Assembly: GCF_002105155.1 (NCBI RefSeq)
Contig: NW_019028999.1
Span: 372,001 to 436,000, forward strand
From: Lobosporangium transversale
Taxonomy: Eukaryota
DNA: 64,000 nucleotides
Direction: 5' to 3'
In this document: in pieces, positions 37,437 to 50,637 of the stretch
How positions within the stretch are numbered: the first letter of the stretch is position 1
How the letters are laid out: every line of letters starts with the position of its first letter
The notes under the pieces: model-generated
The model's input: only the letters and a program-made list of their open reading frames with translations
Told to the model about the DNA's origin: nothing
The model's database searches: none
Program-made: the position numbers and the translations under genes

Positions 37437-38029
37437 TCTGTGAACCTTCCTATTTGATACTTTATTCAAGAAAACATTCAAAAGTATTAAAAGGTTTTTC
37501 TAGGACAATGCTTGGTTGTTCATTATGCTTTTTAAACATGAGGCCATTGATAATGACGGGTCGGATGATAAGGACGCTAGCAATTAGATTAACCATCCAT
37601 GGAGCAACAGCTGGAAGTGGAGATCAGGCCCTGGATCATTATAGTAATAGCAATTATGGTAACCTAATTCTTATTGATATCATAATAGGCATTACACTAT
37701 TCAAAGTCGATCTTTCACGTCGCTTCTGAATCTGGATTAAACCCGGGACTTCAATGCTGATGATGATAATTGAAAATAAGGCTTTGTTAATTGCCAGGAT
37801 CCCGAATGGCAATGAAGAGCAAGTTTGCATAGATGAGACAGTCAATGATGGAAAAGATGCGAAACGGGAGGAGAAGGTAGACGCGAATGATTAAAAAGCC
37901 GAGGCAGAGAAAGAGAGAGAGAGAGAGAGAGAGAGGAGGATCATGGCCTCTGTATCTGCACAATTACTTATTACTGCACATTCAAACGCTTCGATGGATT
38001 GTCTTTTAAAATCAAAAAAAGGCGGCTTT

Positions 38030-38385
38030 TCTGAACTGTCTTCTCCCTTTTACTTCTGTCTTTTTTATTTTTACTCTTATTTTTCTCTCTCTCTTTTATT
38101 CCCCTTCTTTTTCCTTCGTTGCTTTGTTCTTTCCTTCCTTTCATTCTTTTCTCCCGCTCTTTTTTTTTATTTTATTTTATATTTTTTTATTTTTCTTTTT
38201 TCTGTTTTCTTTCTATTTTTTCCTTTCCTTTTTTCTCTTCCCTTTCTCCCTTTTCCCCTTTCTATTCTTTTCCTATTGTCTTTCTTTCTTGTCTCCTCTC
38301 ATCTTTTGCTGCCCCCCTTCTCTCTTCCTTTCTCAACGTTTCTTCGTTTCTTTCTCTTTCTCTTTCTCATTCTCTCAGCTTTTCA
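38030..38385 (+). promoter_or_regulatory. Long polypyrimidine (C/T) tract, probable promoter/5' leader of a + strand transcript
   Basis: About 350 bp that is nearly purine-free, preceded by (GA)n and followed by CAA-rich leader-like sequence. Similar tracts lie upstream of other + strand genes in this window. Confidence 0.45.
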
Positions 38386-40660
38386 ACAACATCAACATCA
38401 TTGTCACCATCAATAACAATAGCAATAACAATAGCAACAACAGCCCCTGGCCCCTGTGATTCTTTACTTTACTGTCCTCTCTCTCTTCTCCATTGCAATA
38501 ACAACTTCGTCATCTGAAAAAGGTACTCATTCTTCAACCTACGACATATCACATCCAGGCTATAACTTCGCCTTATTCTATCTTGCACACATTGTCAAAC
38601 GTTCCTTCAGTCAGCGTTCCCGGTACAGCAGTCGTTTTTTATTCTCTCTCTATCTCTCTCTATCTCTCTCTGTCTGTCATTCATTCTTTTTTTTTTTTTT
38701 TTTTTTTTTTTCTTTTATTCTTAATTTACTTGATACTTGGATCTGCTGTTTATTACAAAATAATGTAATGCATTTCATTCAATCCAACTATTTTTTTTTA
38801 ACACATTTTCCCCCGCCTTGCTTTGGCTGGCCTTTGCTCTGAAGTATTTTATTGTATTTTATTTTTTTTCCTTCAGTGGCATTTTTCTGCTCATTGTTCT
38901 GTTGTCTTTGGTCTTTTTTTTTTTTTTTTTTTTTTTGTCGCCTACATCCAGTTACTTTGCCGCTCAGATCATCATGGCGTTGGTTGCACCACGCCCATTA
39001 CCCCTCTCAAATAGTCTTCAACGCGCACTCTGCCCTTGATTGAGGAGGTGAAGAGAGAAAAACCCAATAGATTTTTTTTTTTTTTTTTTTTTTTTGGTGT
39101 CTTTGCGCTATTCAGTTCCAACTTTCTTGAGTGGATTTCATATGTGCGTACATTTATTGCTCTCGCTGTTTGACCAGCTATATGATGCATGATGCATGAG
39201 GACAACATGGTGTCATGTCATGAGGTCTGAATTCACACTTTCTACATTCTCATTCCAATCACTCATTCGCAATAAGCGCGTTTGGTGGCGTCTATATAAT
39301 TAAGGAATACGCGGGTGATGGTCGTTGGAGAGACATAATCTATGAAACCCATGATGTCAGTAGTACTTTTATGTGTAAGCCAGGAGAATGCAAACTACCG
39401 CGAACATCTCTAAAAGTTAGGACAAAGGGTTTCATGTTCATCTACAGGGATTCAGAAACATGCTAGTTCACTTTATCCCTGGCCTGGATCACAGCCTGCA
39501 GCTGTTGAATCCTTTACCGATCTCGAATTTTTTTCCTTTTTTTGAAATAACCGTTACGCGTCACTCTTCACGTTCTTTCATTCTGCCTGCTAGTGGTGAT
39601 CGACCTGGGCTACAGTGCCAATGGTCCCACCACTGCGCTCTCTTATGACTAGACCTAACAGTCATATTGGCTCCTTCTTGCACTTTTTTAATTAGCCAGC
39701 TGATACCGGTCCTCTAGATTTTTTCTCTTTGATAGAGAACATTTTATTATAGTGAAAGTGAACCTCAGTCGCAAAGGGCAAGCACAAGTCTTATTAGCGT
39801 GCAGCAGAATAGCAAGGGTTGGAAAGGTAATTGAACAGGAATATGGAGGCATCATTTCTTTTTTTTTTCTTATTATATAATGCATTGTCTTTCCACCGCC
39901 CTTACTATCAGTACTTAACTTCTCTATGTGTGCATGATGAATCCCTCATCCCTTTTACCATCCTGTGTTTTTTTTTTTTTTTTTTCTGAAGTAAGCTTTC
40001 ATTTTCCTTTGCTTCATATTGAATCACCATTTTGATGGTGTTGACTCCTGTTACTATTGTCCCCCAAGACTTTATTTTATTGTTTGCCTCCTTTTTTGTA
40101 CTTGTTTATCTATTGCTTAATGTGCTCTATTATAAACCATTCATTCTATTCAATAATTTTATATTATCCAACGATTATTACTTTATTTTTATTTATTTAT
40201 TTATTTTTTTTGGCGGGATCATCACAAATAAAAGAGGAGATTTCCTCTCTCATTCCATGATCATAGTACAAAAAAAGCATTGCTCTTGCCCTTTTTTTTA
40301 CGTGACAACAACATCTTTTCATCACTGCCTATCATTGTCAACCTCTTCCTAACAGCTTTCTTCTTCTCTCTTCATGTTTTCCCACTCCTCATCTGCTTTT
40401 CTGTTGTTGTTTGGGTTTAGTCTGGTCAGATCATTCTGTCAATTCATTTCATCCTTTTGTCAGACCATCAGTCAGGTTACTTGTTAGCCATTCAGACCGC
40501 CAAAGTCTTTTCATTCCCATATTCTCTACACCATTGTGTTCCAGGCTTTCACGTTCCTCTTCCAAAGCAACAGGTAAACCCATCATTGCTCTTTCCCTTC
40601 ACTTCCTTTTTACAAACTATGTCATCCCTTGTCCTTCTTTCCTTTTTCCTTGCTCGTTCG

Positions 40661-40692
<32 letters not shown>

Positions 40693-42054
40693 TTTTTTTT
40701 TTTTTTTTTGAGCAGTTGATTGTTGGTCAGTCAATTGGTGATAGTAATCTCTCACTAAAGTTGGGACCATGGTGTGTTAGTCATCTTCCTAAGCACCCAC
40801 AACTCTCTCTGACCTGCATTTATACATGAAGGATGCAAGCGAGGTGCTTGCCGACAAAGCATGCTTTATGCCTCAATGCCTTTTCCGTATGATTCCAGGG
40901 AACTAGAAAATAATTGAAGCGGCATGGTGGTCAATCCTGAGAGTCTTCCCCTTCATTCTAATGATTCATCGCCTCACCCCTTTGACCTTTACTCACACGG
41001 TCTCTCCAAGTCATATGATCTTTTTTTCTATGATTTAACTTCAACAGCATTCCTACTTCTTTACTTGTACTCATTACTTTCAGTTTGCCCTTTTCTTGAA
41101 TCATTCGTTCTTTGATGATTTGGCTTCAGTCATATTTTGTTACAATTGGATGGTGGGTGTTGGTTAACAACTTTATTGATCTCCTGTCATTCAAAGATTT
41201 TAAACCATATACTAGTATTCTCCCACTTTTCATTTCGCGCCAAACTCCATTACAGTGGTGGTAGAAGGAACACATGTGTTGTCACTCAGTCTATTGTCCT
41301 TGCTCCTTTCTTGAACTTTTTTATTTATTTTTATTTTTTTATTGTATCTATTTGTTGTATTTATACCCCGTTGCAGCTTCTGTTTGTCATGTGGATAGGC
41401 TAAACATCCATACACATCAGATTGTTTAAAGAGAAGCAATAACAGAACATTTGTTTTTTGCTGAACAAACAGAAGGTGATGGGCATTTTAAGTTTACTTT
41501 TTATTACGCATTTGCTAAGGCCTGGTCACTGGATCTTCGTTGGCACGTCTAAATCCACGGTTCACTCCTACGACACAGATATTTTGATCTACCGTGCGCA
41601 TGTTGCGCTTGGTTTCTTGCTCATTTGGTTCATTTGATGCCCTTTTTGTGTGTGTTTGTTTTACTGTACTTCTTTTCTCAGACTTTGCGATCTCATATAC
41701 TCGGCCAGTGATTATACATCCTTGTGGAGCCTTTCCACTTTGTGGTTAAGATTAAATAATTTGCGATACAGCTCATTCTCTCTAAAAGGGGATATCCACC
41801 TTCACTTCACATTCCCATCCAACTGTGATTACGAGCCGCGTTCAAGACGATCGAGCCCGCACAGAAATTGCTCTTGATGCCTGCTTGTAGTTCGATCGCG
41901 AAAAGGATCTTTTTCCTTTTGTATCCTGGTCATGCCTTTTGTGATGTGACCTTGAATGCGAGCGTGCGATCCAATGTTTCCATACTCTAAGCATTTACTT
42001 TGGGTTCAAGTCACGAGAACCCGCAATAATATGAACAGTAGAATTAACGTGATA

Positions 42055-42087
<33 letters not shown>

Positions 42088-42226
42088 TTTTTTTTTTTCG
42101 TGTCGACGGATATTTAGTTTTATAGTGTGTTTGTTTAAAGGTACGAATTTAAAGAGAACTGGCGTCGTCACGAGCAAGCAAGGTTTTGTAGTAGACTTGC
42201 CATGCCACTATGTTGCTTTATTTCTC

Positions 42227-42256
<30 letters not shown>

Positions 42257-42298
<42 letters not shown>

Positions 42299-42301
42299 TT
42301 T
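42257..42301. repeat. (TTTA)n microsatellite following poly-T, just upstream of an acceptor site
   Basis: Read directly from the sequence. Confidence 0.85.
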
Positions 42302-42348
42302 GATTGTGCGCGTGTTAGGCGTGCATACGGACCTCGCCTTGGCTTGAT

Positions 42349-45300
42349 ATGGACCATACATCAAGCAGCAGAGGCCATAACACCTTCGCTCAATTGAAAT
42401 CAGAGGCAACCACCGCAGATACTTCCTCTCCCTCCACAACTGTGACCGCTGCTGCTGCCCCAGAATCATCTATCCTGGCGGTCAAATTATCAGAAGACTC
42501 TGAAGGCCAGGCAGAGCCTGGCAATCATGAAGTCGATGATAGTAAGCGCTCGGACTTTGACAGCTCGCGTTCCTCATTGAAGGAAGGCGGCTACCACGGC
42601 TCTCGGGGACAGTCGCCAGTTGTTCGACGAAGCCGATCTGGCCGACTGCTGAGATCTACAGTCCAGTATGACGAACGAAGCAGTCGCGGTAGCAGCCCTG
42701 AAACCTCTGCAGAACCACAAGGCTCCTTCATGCATCGGACGCGGTCATCATACCATGGCCGAATCGGCCAATCAGACAGTGAGGGACATCCTGATCTAGA
42801 TATCAAGGTAGGGCCGATTGCGCTTACCTTACTCTGTTGTTGCCTAAACGCCTCCTTTTTTTTTTATCGACCTCAAACTAAAGTGTCACCTCTCTTTTCG
42901 CACAAAAGGGCGAAAGGCTCTCATCAGGGAATAGCGACAATGCCGTTAATTTGCCTTCTCAGCAAGAACACGACACTCGTCAAAGAGGAGAATACGGCAA
43001 TACTAACCAGGATGAATTGGCAAGCGAGGAAGAGCACGAGGATGATGGCTTTCCAGAAGACGGCGACGATGTGAACAACGAAGGATCTGAGTCTCAGGAC
43101 GCCAGTTCATCCAAGAATGATGATGGATCTGAACCTCTTGTCGTTTCAATGTACGGTTCCCCAAGTTTGGTGAAAGTCAGGAGCATGTTTATCGACAAAC
43201 TGTACAAGTATGAGTCTTAAGGATCATGTTTTGCGTTTTTTTTTTTTTTATTTTTTTTTATTTTTATTTTTTTTTTTTTTTGATGCCAATGTTTTCTCTT
43301 TGAGGCCTAACTTATCCTCATAATTTATGTAGAATGGTGGAAGATCCCTCGATCCAACATCTCATATCTTGGGCCAAGGAGGGCGATATGTTTTACGTTT
43401 ACAACTGTATTGAATTGTCAAGTTCGGTACTGCCAAAGTTTTTCAAGCACAACAACTGGCAGAGTTTTGTCCGACAGCTTAACAGTATGTGATAAATGTG
43501 ATAAATGTGATAGCTGAAGGCTATTAGTGACTTCTACGAGCACTATTGTCTCAATTTTTATTGCTAACATTCCCCGTCCTGGGACGTCCAATATTTTCAT
43601 TATTACCTACTTCTACTGCTTCTAGTGTATGGCTTCCACAAAAGTAAGCATTAAGTCTTTGATGTAAATTAATGAAGATACAAATCAATAAGAGACTTTA
43701 CTGATTTTTTTTTTTTTTTTTTTTTTTTTTTCCTCCCTTCCGTGGACCAGTCTATAGGTATGATAGAGGTAAGTTGCTTGGTGGAGAGCATGAGTCAAAA
43801 ATTTGTTATACGATTTCATTTTTTTACGAAAGCAGAGTCAAAGCGCTTACTCTAAATTCATTCACATCTATAGAAGAATCAACGATGAATCGCAGGAATC
43901 CAGAGACACAACGATGGCAATTCTATCATCCTGCTTTCCAGAGAGACCGGCCTCATCTTCGTAATAATATCAAGAGAAAATCAGCACGCTCAGTCAATAC
44001 TGCGCCAACATATTCTCGGGTTGTATTTGAGCGTGATAAGGGATACTATGTTCAGCAGGAATCATCCACTCGACCTTTTAATGGTCAAGGCAGCCATAAT
44101 CGCTCTAATAACTCAGAGCACTCACAGGAGCAGCACAGGCCCAGCCATTCTCATGGAGCATCACAAGCTGGCTCAATACCTCATCACTACAACCCTCATA
44201 CATCCCAGGTTCACCGCTCACCGCACGAGTCTTTACAGCGCCCTCCTGTTCCCCGGCCAGACTATAGGCCTCATGCTGGCCATCCTGGCGAGCCTATTCA
44301 CCCTCGTGACGAAAAAGATCACATGGTATGTGCCCATATCTACCAAGTCGTAGAACTTTATATATATAAAGCCTCTAACAAAAGCTTCTTGTCCTTAGCC
44401 TTCAAACCACCAAATAGGTTCCCCGCATCAACATATCGCGAGAGTAGATCATGACACCCAGCATCATCAGCAGTATCCAGGGCCGCATTACCATTCACAA
44501 CAGCAGCACCAGCATCAATCTCATCCATATGCGAGCCCTCATCAACATCAGTACTCTTACAATGGACCGCCTTCCCAAGCTCACCATCCCTCCGAACATG
44601 GATACAGCCACAAATCACAAAGCTTCAATTCACATAATCCTCCCCCACCAGAATCCCATCATGCTGGGCCACCCCTTCCACATACCGCAGGAACAGGAAG
44701 GCTTACTCATCAGGGCCATGGGTATCATTCAAGTAGGGAGCCAGGATATCCTGACTATAGTCATGACGTCAAACATGGCACAACCATGGGCGGAGGACAC
44801 TTTCGAAGCCAAAGCGCTCCTGGATCGGATCCACGTAGAGTAGAAAGTTCACGAGGGCCTCATCCATTTAACCAGCAGGAGGTCCCTCGTTCGCCGCCTC
44901 ATACCGGATCTCAACCCTATTACTCGCGCGAGTCTTATCCTCCCCCAATGTCTCCACATCGTCGTCACCAAGGGTCAATCGATGAAAACTCGGGGCCCAG
45001 TCGCCGCTATTCTCCACCACCGGGCACAGGCATGGGGTTGTCTCAACCTGGCCAGCAGCAGCGCCCTCCATCAGGTTTAGGTGCGGTTGAAGAGGCTCAA
45101 TTGGCAGCTCCAAACATGGATCCCGCTTCGAATCCTAGCTCACATGATCTTATACCCCATGGTATAAAGCAAATGGAAAGCCGACTTCATTTCGTTGAGG
45201 ATGCCTACATGTCCTTGAGGCATTTTGCACAGGAGCTCCAAAATATTCAAGTTTCTCAGGAGCAGACCATTGCATGGATGCGTGATCGAATCGAGCAACT

Positions 45301-45836
45301 TACCGAAGTTGGTACTCCAAGAGGTAAAAACTATTTATCATTAAGCTATCAGCGCGTTTGTAACATTCAGGATACCTCTCGAAACTCACATGAGCTCCTA
45401 TTTCGGTATAATATATAATACACAACATCTAGATATGATAACGTCTCCACCTCTTGGTCAAGGAATGGTTCCGTCCAAGAGGAAGGCAGAGTATAGTTCA
45501 GTGGATTCACGCGATTGGCCTAGGCGACCACCAGGGGAGTACCAGTCTGGTTTCTCAAGGCAAGCAAATTCTCCTGGCCTGTCCCCAACCCAGCAAGAAC
45601 GACAGATTGGTGGACCGGACACAATATCTAGTCGTACACAGGGCTCAGGGGCTCGTTACGAATCTTCAGGCTTTCATCCATCGTTTCATCCTGCTCATCA
45701 TCCATCACAACCACAGCAACCTACGCCACCTTCGCAGGCATCCCAGCAACAACAACCAGCCTCATTGCCGTCATCAACATTCCTTCCCCCCAATGAATTC
45801 AAACAACGCCTACTACCACAAGGACTCCATCAGTAG
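42349..45836 (+). CDS. HSF-type DNA-binding-domain transcription factor with His/Pro/Gln-rich regions and a coiled coil
   Basis: Spliced DBD: FIDKLYK|MVEDPSIQHLISW...VLPKFFKHNNWQSFVRQLN|MYGFHK|IYRYDR|EESTM...WQFYHPAFQRDRPHLRNNIKRK. Coiled coil: IKQMESRLHFVEDAYMSL... Confidence 0.9.
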
Positions 45837-46648
45837 CACGTTTCACATTTGGTCACCCATTCACTTATTAATTTACTAGAGTATTTTAATTAACTTAAAC
45901 CCTAATTTTAACTGATAAAAAAATGTACTTCCAACAATCCAGTTGGTAAAGCACAGATTTCCCAATTTAAACACACTGCCACAGCCACAATTGTGTTTGT
46001 CGTACGAAATGTAACCCTCTCCCACATCTATTTGAATAAAATGGAGCTGCTCTGTGCACAAGCATCGCTTTTTAGGTTTGTTTTATGGATAACTTGCAGT
46101 CTCACTCAAAAAGCAAGGTGATATCTACAATGTCGGGTTAAGCTATGTCGACAGACAACATTGCCTATGTCTTAATCTGTAAAGCGTCAAGTTATCTCAA
46201 TACTTCATGGGCAGCTTAGTTATTTCGATAGCCATAGGACAAGAAATATCAATTGGTTTCGCTTACAACTGGTATAAGAAGGATCGTATTCTCCCAATCA
46301 GTGTCGGCCACTGACACCCATCGCTATACGAGTAAGAGACTGCTGATACGATGTACCTGTAATTGTCAGGCTCATTTGGAAGAAAACCTATCTCAAGCGG
46401 ACACAAATGATCTCTTTCGCCCTGACCACCTCGCAGTCAAAATAGATATAGGCAGCTGCAGCAGTATTTCGAGCGTGGAAAATGAAAAGATGGTTTTGAG
46501 AGAGTTCAATGCACGCTGGTAAAAAAAAAAAAAAAAAAAAAAAATAAGAATAAAAAAATAAAAAAATCGTAGGTATCCATTGCCTGATGGTCAAGAGATT
46601 ATATCTTTTCGAACCATTGTCATTGTTAAAATATCAAGCTTTCAACAA

Positions 46649-46649
<1 letters not shown>

Positions 46650-46683
<34 letters not shown>
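46650..46683. repeat. (AAT)n microsatellite
   Basis: Read directly from the sequence. Confidence 0.85.
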
Positions 46684-46686
<3 letters not shown>

Positions 46687-49600
46687 TAAAAAAGTCAACA
46701 TTCATTTATTACTATTTGTTTATATACATCTATAATAAGGTGTAAATAACTAGCTTGTAACGTACGGCGTCCTACAACGAGAATAATTAAAGTATAGCCA
46801 TGCACATGAACGAAGATACAAAGATGACTCTCTCAACATCAAAAAGCATACCTGAGGTGAAGGTTGTAGAGCTAAATATGCCTATGGTTATAAACAGAAA
46901 AACTTGTGCTGACATTTGCTACTAAGGAGCAATGTACTGGCTATAATGCAGTGCTTGTTGTCAAAATTGATCTGATTCAGATGAGATCGACACCGCCACA
47001 GCGCCGAAAAGCATTTCGCTCAATCCCTAGGACCACCACCATCCTGCCATTATCGGCAATTTCTTCTATAGGCCTTACGCGCATTTTCACTGGTTATCAC
47101 AGCTGTGCAAAGAACAGGTTGGTATTGGTGATAGAGTCAATAATCCCATCTATGACTCTAGAGATACTCAGGTAGCCAGCGAGTGCCTTAGCGCATGGCT
47201 AGGCTTTGTATCTCTTATGAAAGTATATACTTCATCTACAAGGTCTGGGACATGCGTGGGGCACAGAGGATTGTGACCGTACCTATTACACAGGGCTGGC
47301 AAGAGTGAACCAAAGAAGCACAATGATGTTAGACCAAAGAGTTCATTTAGCACAAGGATACCTCTATAAAGGTGTATTATAATTACAACTATTCCTTTCT
47401 TTCGAGGCGATCCAAGCATTGTTATAGCTGTGAGACATACATTGGTAGGTTCAGATGCCTGCTGCGATGGCCTCGGAGAGCTGGAGTATAAGTCACAATG
47501 AAATCATCTGAAAGTTCACAGCCTCTGGTATCCTATTGATTTTTGGAATAAATATTAGAGAAATTAATTTTCTTTTTTGGTGTATGTAATCAAAGCATGC
47601 TATGGAAATGTATATTTGGAATATATCTGTGGTATATTAATTCAACTTTCAAATAAAAGTAAAGACGGGAATTCGTCTTGGCTTCTGCCCAATGATTCAA
47701 ATGTTCTGGTCAAAGAGTTGCTAAATATTTTAATTCCACTCTGAACAATGATACTAATGGTGTCTAAGTTACATCAGTTACTACTTGAGTAACCAAGTTC
47801 CGGATGCGATATGAATGAGGACAGAAATACTTTAGGATGCGGTATAAAGACCCATCGCCAGACAACTAGGTAGGCTGATAGACTGGTTCCTGTCCAAGGA
47901 TTAACAAACAGCAACCACATCCATGCTTTATGTTATTGGGGATATGACATCATGCACGACGAGCTACGATGTTGCCAGGCAGGACCGTCGCTGACGCTGT
48001 CTTCTTCTATCCTGTCATTCCCATGAACGTGTTACTCTCTTTCATCCTTTCATTACTGTCTTTATTGTTCTTCTATTGCTTTAGGCGATGTTGTACATTT
48101 GAACATTCCTTTCTGTCGCAGCACGCATACAAGAAATGAGTCATTCTATAGCTCAGTTTTTTGAAGTAAACTATCATTTATGGCCCGATGATGTCTTTCA
48201 TCCATACTTTCCTCTCCTTTTGCGCCGCCCTTTATGTGAATATTGGTATCTATTGTGTACACTTTGTGATCACCTTTGTGTGGCTTCCAATGTTCTAGTA
48301 AAAAGATTCTTTTGAGTAATCGTCAACAGATGCACCATCGATACCATCGGTGGGTACATTTTGCCTCCTAAAAAAGAGGTGTCAATACCGCAGTGATCAG
48401 GTCACTGCTCCTTTGGTTTGATCTATGCCATATACTTACGTGCCGATGTCATCATGTCATCGGATTTGAGTGCCTGAGTGTTCCTCAGCTCTTTTTCTGA
48501 ATGTGTAACAAATATGCCAAGTTATTTTCAGGTCAGCCAAAAGGGAAAATGGGACAATGTGCACAGATCATACCGTGAGAAGTCAACTATTGCCGCGGCT
48601 CTTTTCGTTTCCGATCCTTCCTCTCTGCTTGATGAAGACTGTTGCTCCTTTCCTTCCTTGTATCTCTCTCTGTTTGAAACGAGTATAGAAGAATGACACA
48701 AATGGATATAAAAAATATAAAAATAAATACGATATACTGATAGTCTTGACCCGAGATGATCCAATCGAGTGTCTTTGTGCTTTCCCCTGTGTTTGCCGTG
48801 TCATGCATTGGCATGTTGAACAAAGCATCCCATCCTTGTGAACCATTTTTTCAATAGAACACTCATGCGGACAATACCCCTCCTCTCTCTTGTGTTGTCT
48901 CCTGGTCCTTTCCTTAGTCTTTTCTCCCACTATCAGCATGCAATAACCTGCCAGTCTTGCAGAATAGCACCCCCTCTTTTTTTTTTATTTATTTATTTCT
49001 TTATTTTTTTATTTCTTTATTTATTTTCTTCTTCTTCCTCCTCCTAATCCCCATTCTTGAGCTTGTTCCTATTCAAATCTACCATTCTGTCTCCTTTTTT
49101 TCAAATAATGCATTTGCTTAATGATCTTTTTATCGAAGTAAAAGCATAATCTAATTCGACCCAAGAACATAAACAATATCTCTCTTTCGCTTGTTCTCAC
49201 TCATGGGACGAAATGTTATGTCACTCTCATATCCTTGGCCTAACCACATCCGCTACTAATGACCAGAGCTCTTTGAACTATAGAAGATCTGGTCCAAAAA
49301 AGACAGCCAGATCTGTATCCATATTCAAAACACAGAATACAGAATAAATGTTTACACAGAGAAATATATTCAGACATCCCATTCAGGCAATCCCTCTTTG
49401 CGGGAAATGTTTGTGTATTTTTATATGTTTACAAAGAGGCTGGAAGTTCAAGTTTTTTTTTTTTTTTTTTTTTTCTTCCCTCCCAACCCCTTTTTGTTTC
49501 TGCAGGCAGAAGCTTGTTATTTTATTCTATGAGCACATCTTTCCTTTCGTATTCACGCGCTTTCTATTGCTGGTAACTTTTCATCTCTCGCAGAGCTTTG

Positions 49601-50637
49601 TACGCTGTATCCAACTAAAGTTTTTTTTTTTTTTTTTTTTTTTTTGGTATTTCAATCCTTGACAGTATTCTCTTCTACCTTCAACTGTCCTTGTCTTTCC
49701 TCTCAGTCTTTCTTCTCGCTCTATTTCCATCTCTTTTTTTTTCTCTTCTCACTTCCTTCATTTTCTTTCTCACACTCTCTATCCTCTCCGTCTCGTGCTT
49801 TTCTACAGTTTTTGTGCTTCGAATACCTAGTTAACAACTGCTCCCCTTCTTGTTAATAAATAATAACTATCCTACTTCACAACATTTTATCTCCACATCA
49901 CCGTTTCTGATAAAGAACTTGAAGGTATATCCTTTACATCCTCATAGCAATGGCTGTTAATCTTGGCTGAGCAGAACACGGACCCTTTGTTCGCACGTTC
50001 CTTTTCATGTGTCCTGTACGACTGTACGACATTCAGAGCAAACCCGACATGAACTACTCCACTTGGAACCCAAATGAAGAATTCCTGTATCTGAATGTAA
50101 CATTCCTCCTTATATTACCCATTTCCTTAAACGAGACAATGTCTGGATAATCGTGGAAATAACCTTCCTGCATATTCACTTTTTTTTTTTTTTTTTTTTT
50201 TTTATAAAAAAAAAACTGTCTTGCAGTCTTTTAGTCTATTTATTTATTTCGCTATGTTTCCTTACTTATCCTTGGCACTTATTTGACATACTATCCATGA
50301 CCAATGGTTAAAAAAAAAAAAAATAAAAAAAAAATAAAAAAAAATAAAGAGGAAAAGAATCAATGATGTTAATTTCTTCGTAAACCTTCCACTTCCTAGC
50401 GATACATCTCGAGAAACGGCTCGGCGCTGTCAGTGGCTACAACTCATTAAGGACGGGAGATAATTATCAGCACAGCCAAAGAGTACATCATTTCTACTTT
50501 CTTCTTTCCTTCTCGTCCCAGCTATCCTCTGTGTTTCCAGAAGGTCACTTGGTGTCATTCTGAATTGTCCTGAAAAAGAAGGTGTCCGCATATTCATACT
50601 CTCACTCTTGTTCAGACACTGCACTCAATACGCAACA

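Noticed and set aside
32080..41440. Many 60-157 aa ORFs rich in poly-F/poly-K/L/S
   Set aside because: Artefacts of stop-poor homopolymer and CT/GA tracts.
46000..50600. Short ORFs and an imperfect hairpin (about 48329-48361) upstream of the cyclin
   Set aside because: No recognisable protein or RNA family. Probably regulatory/intergenic.
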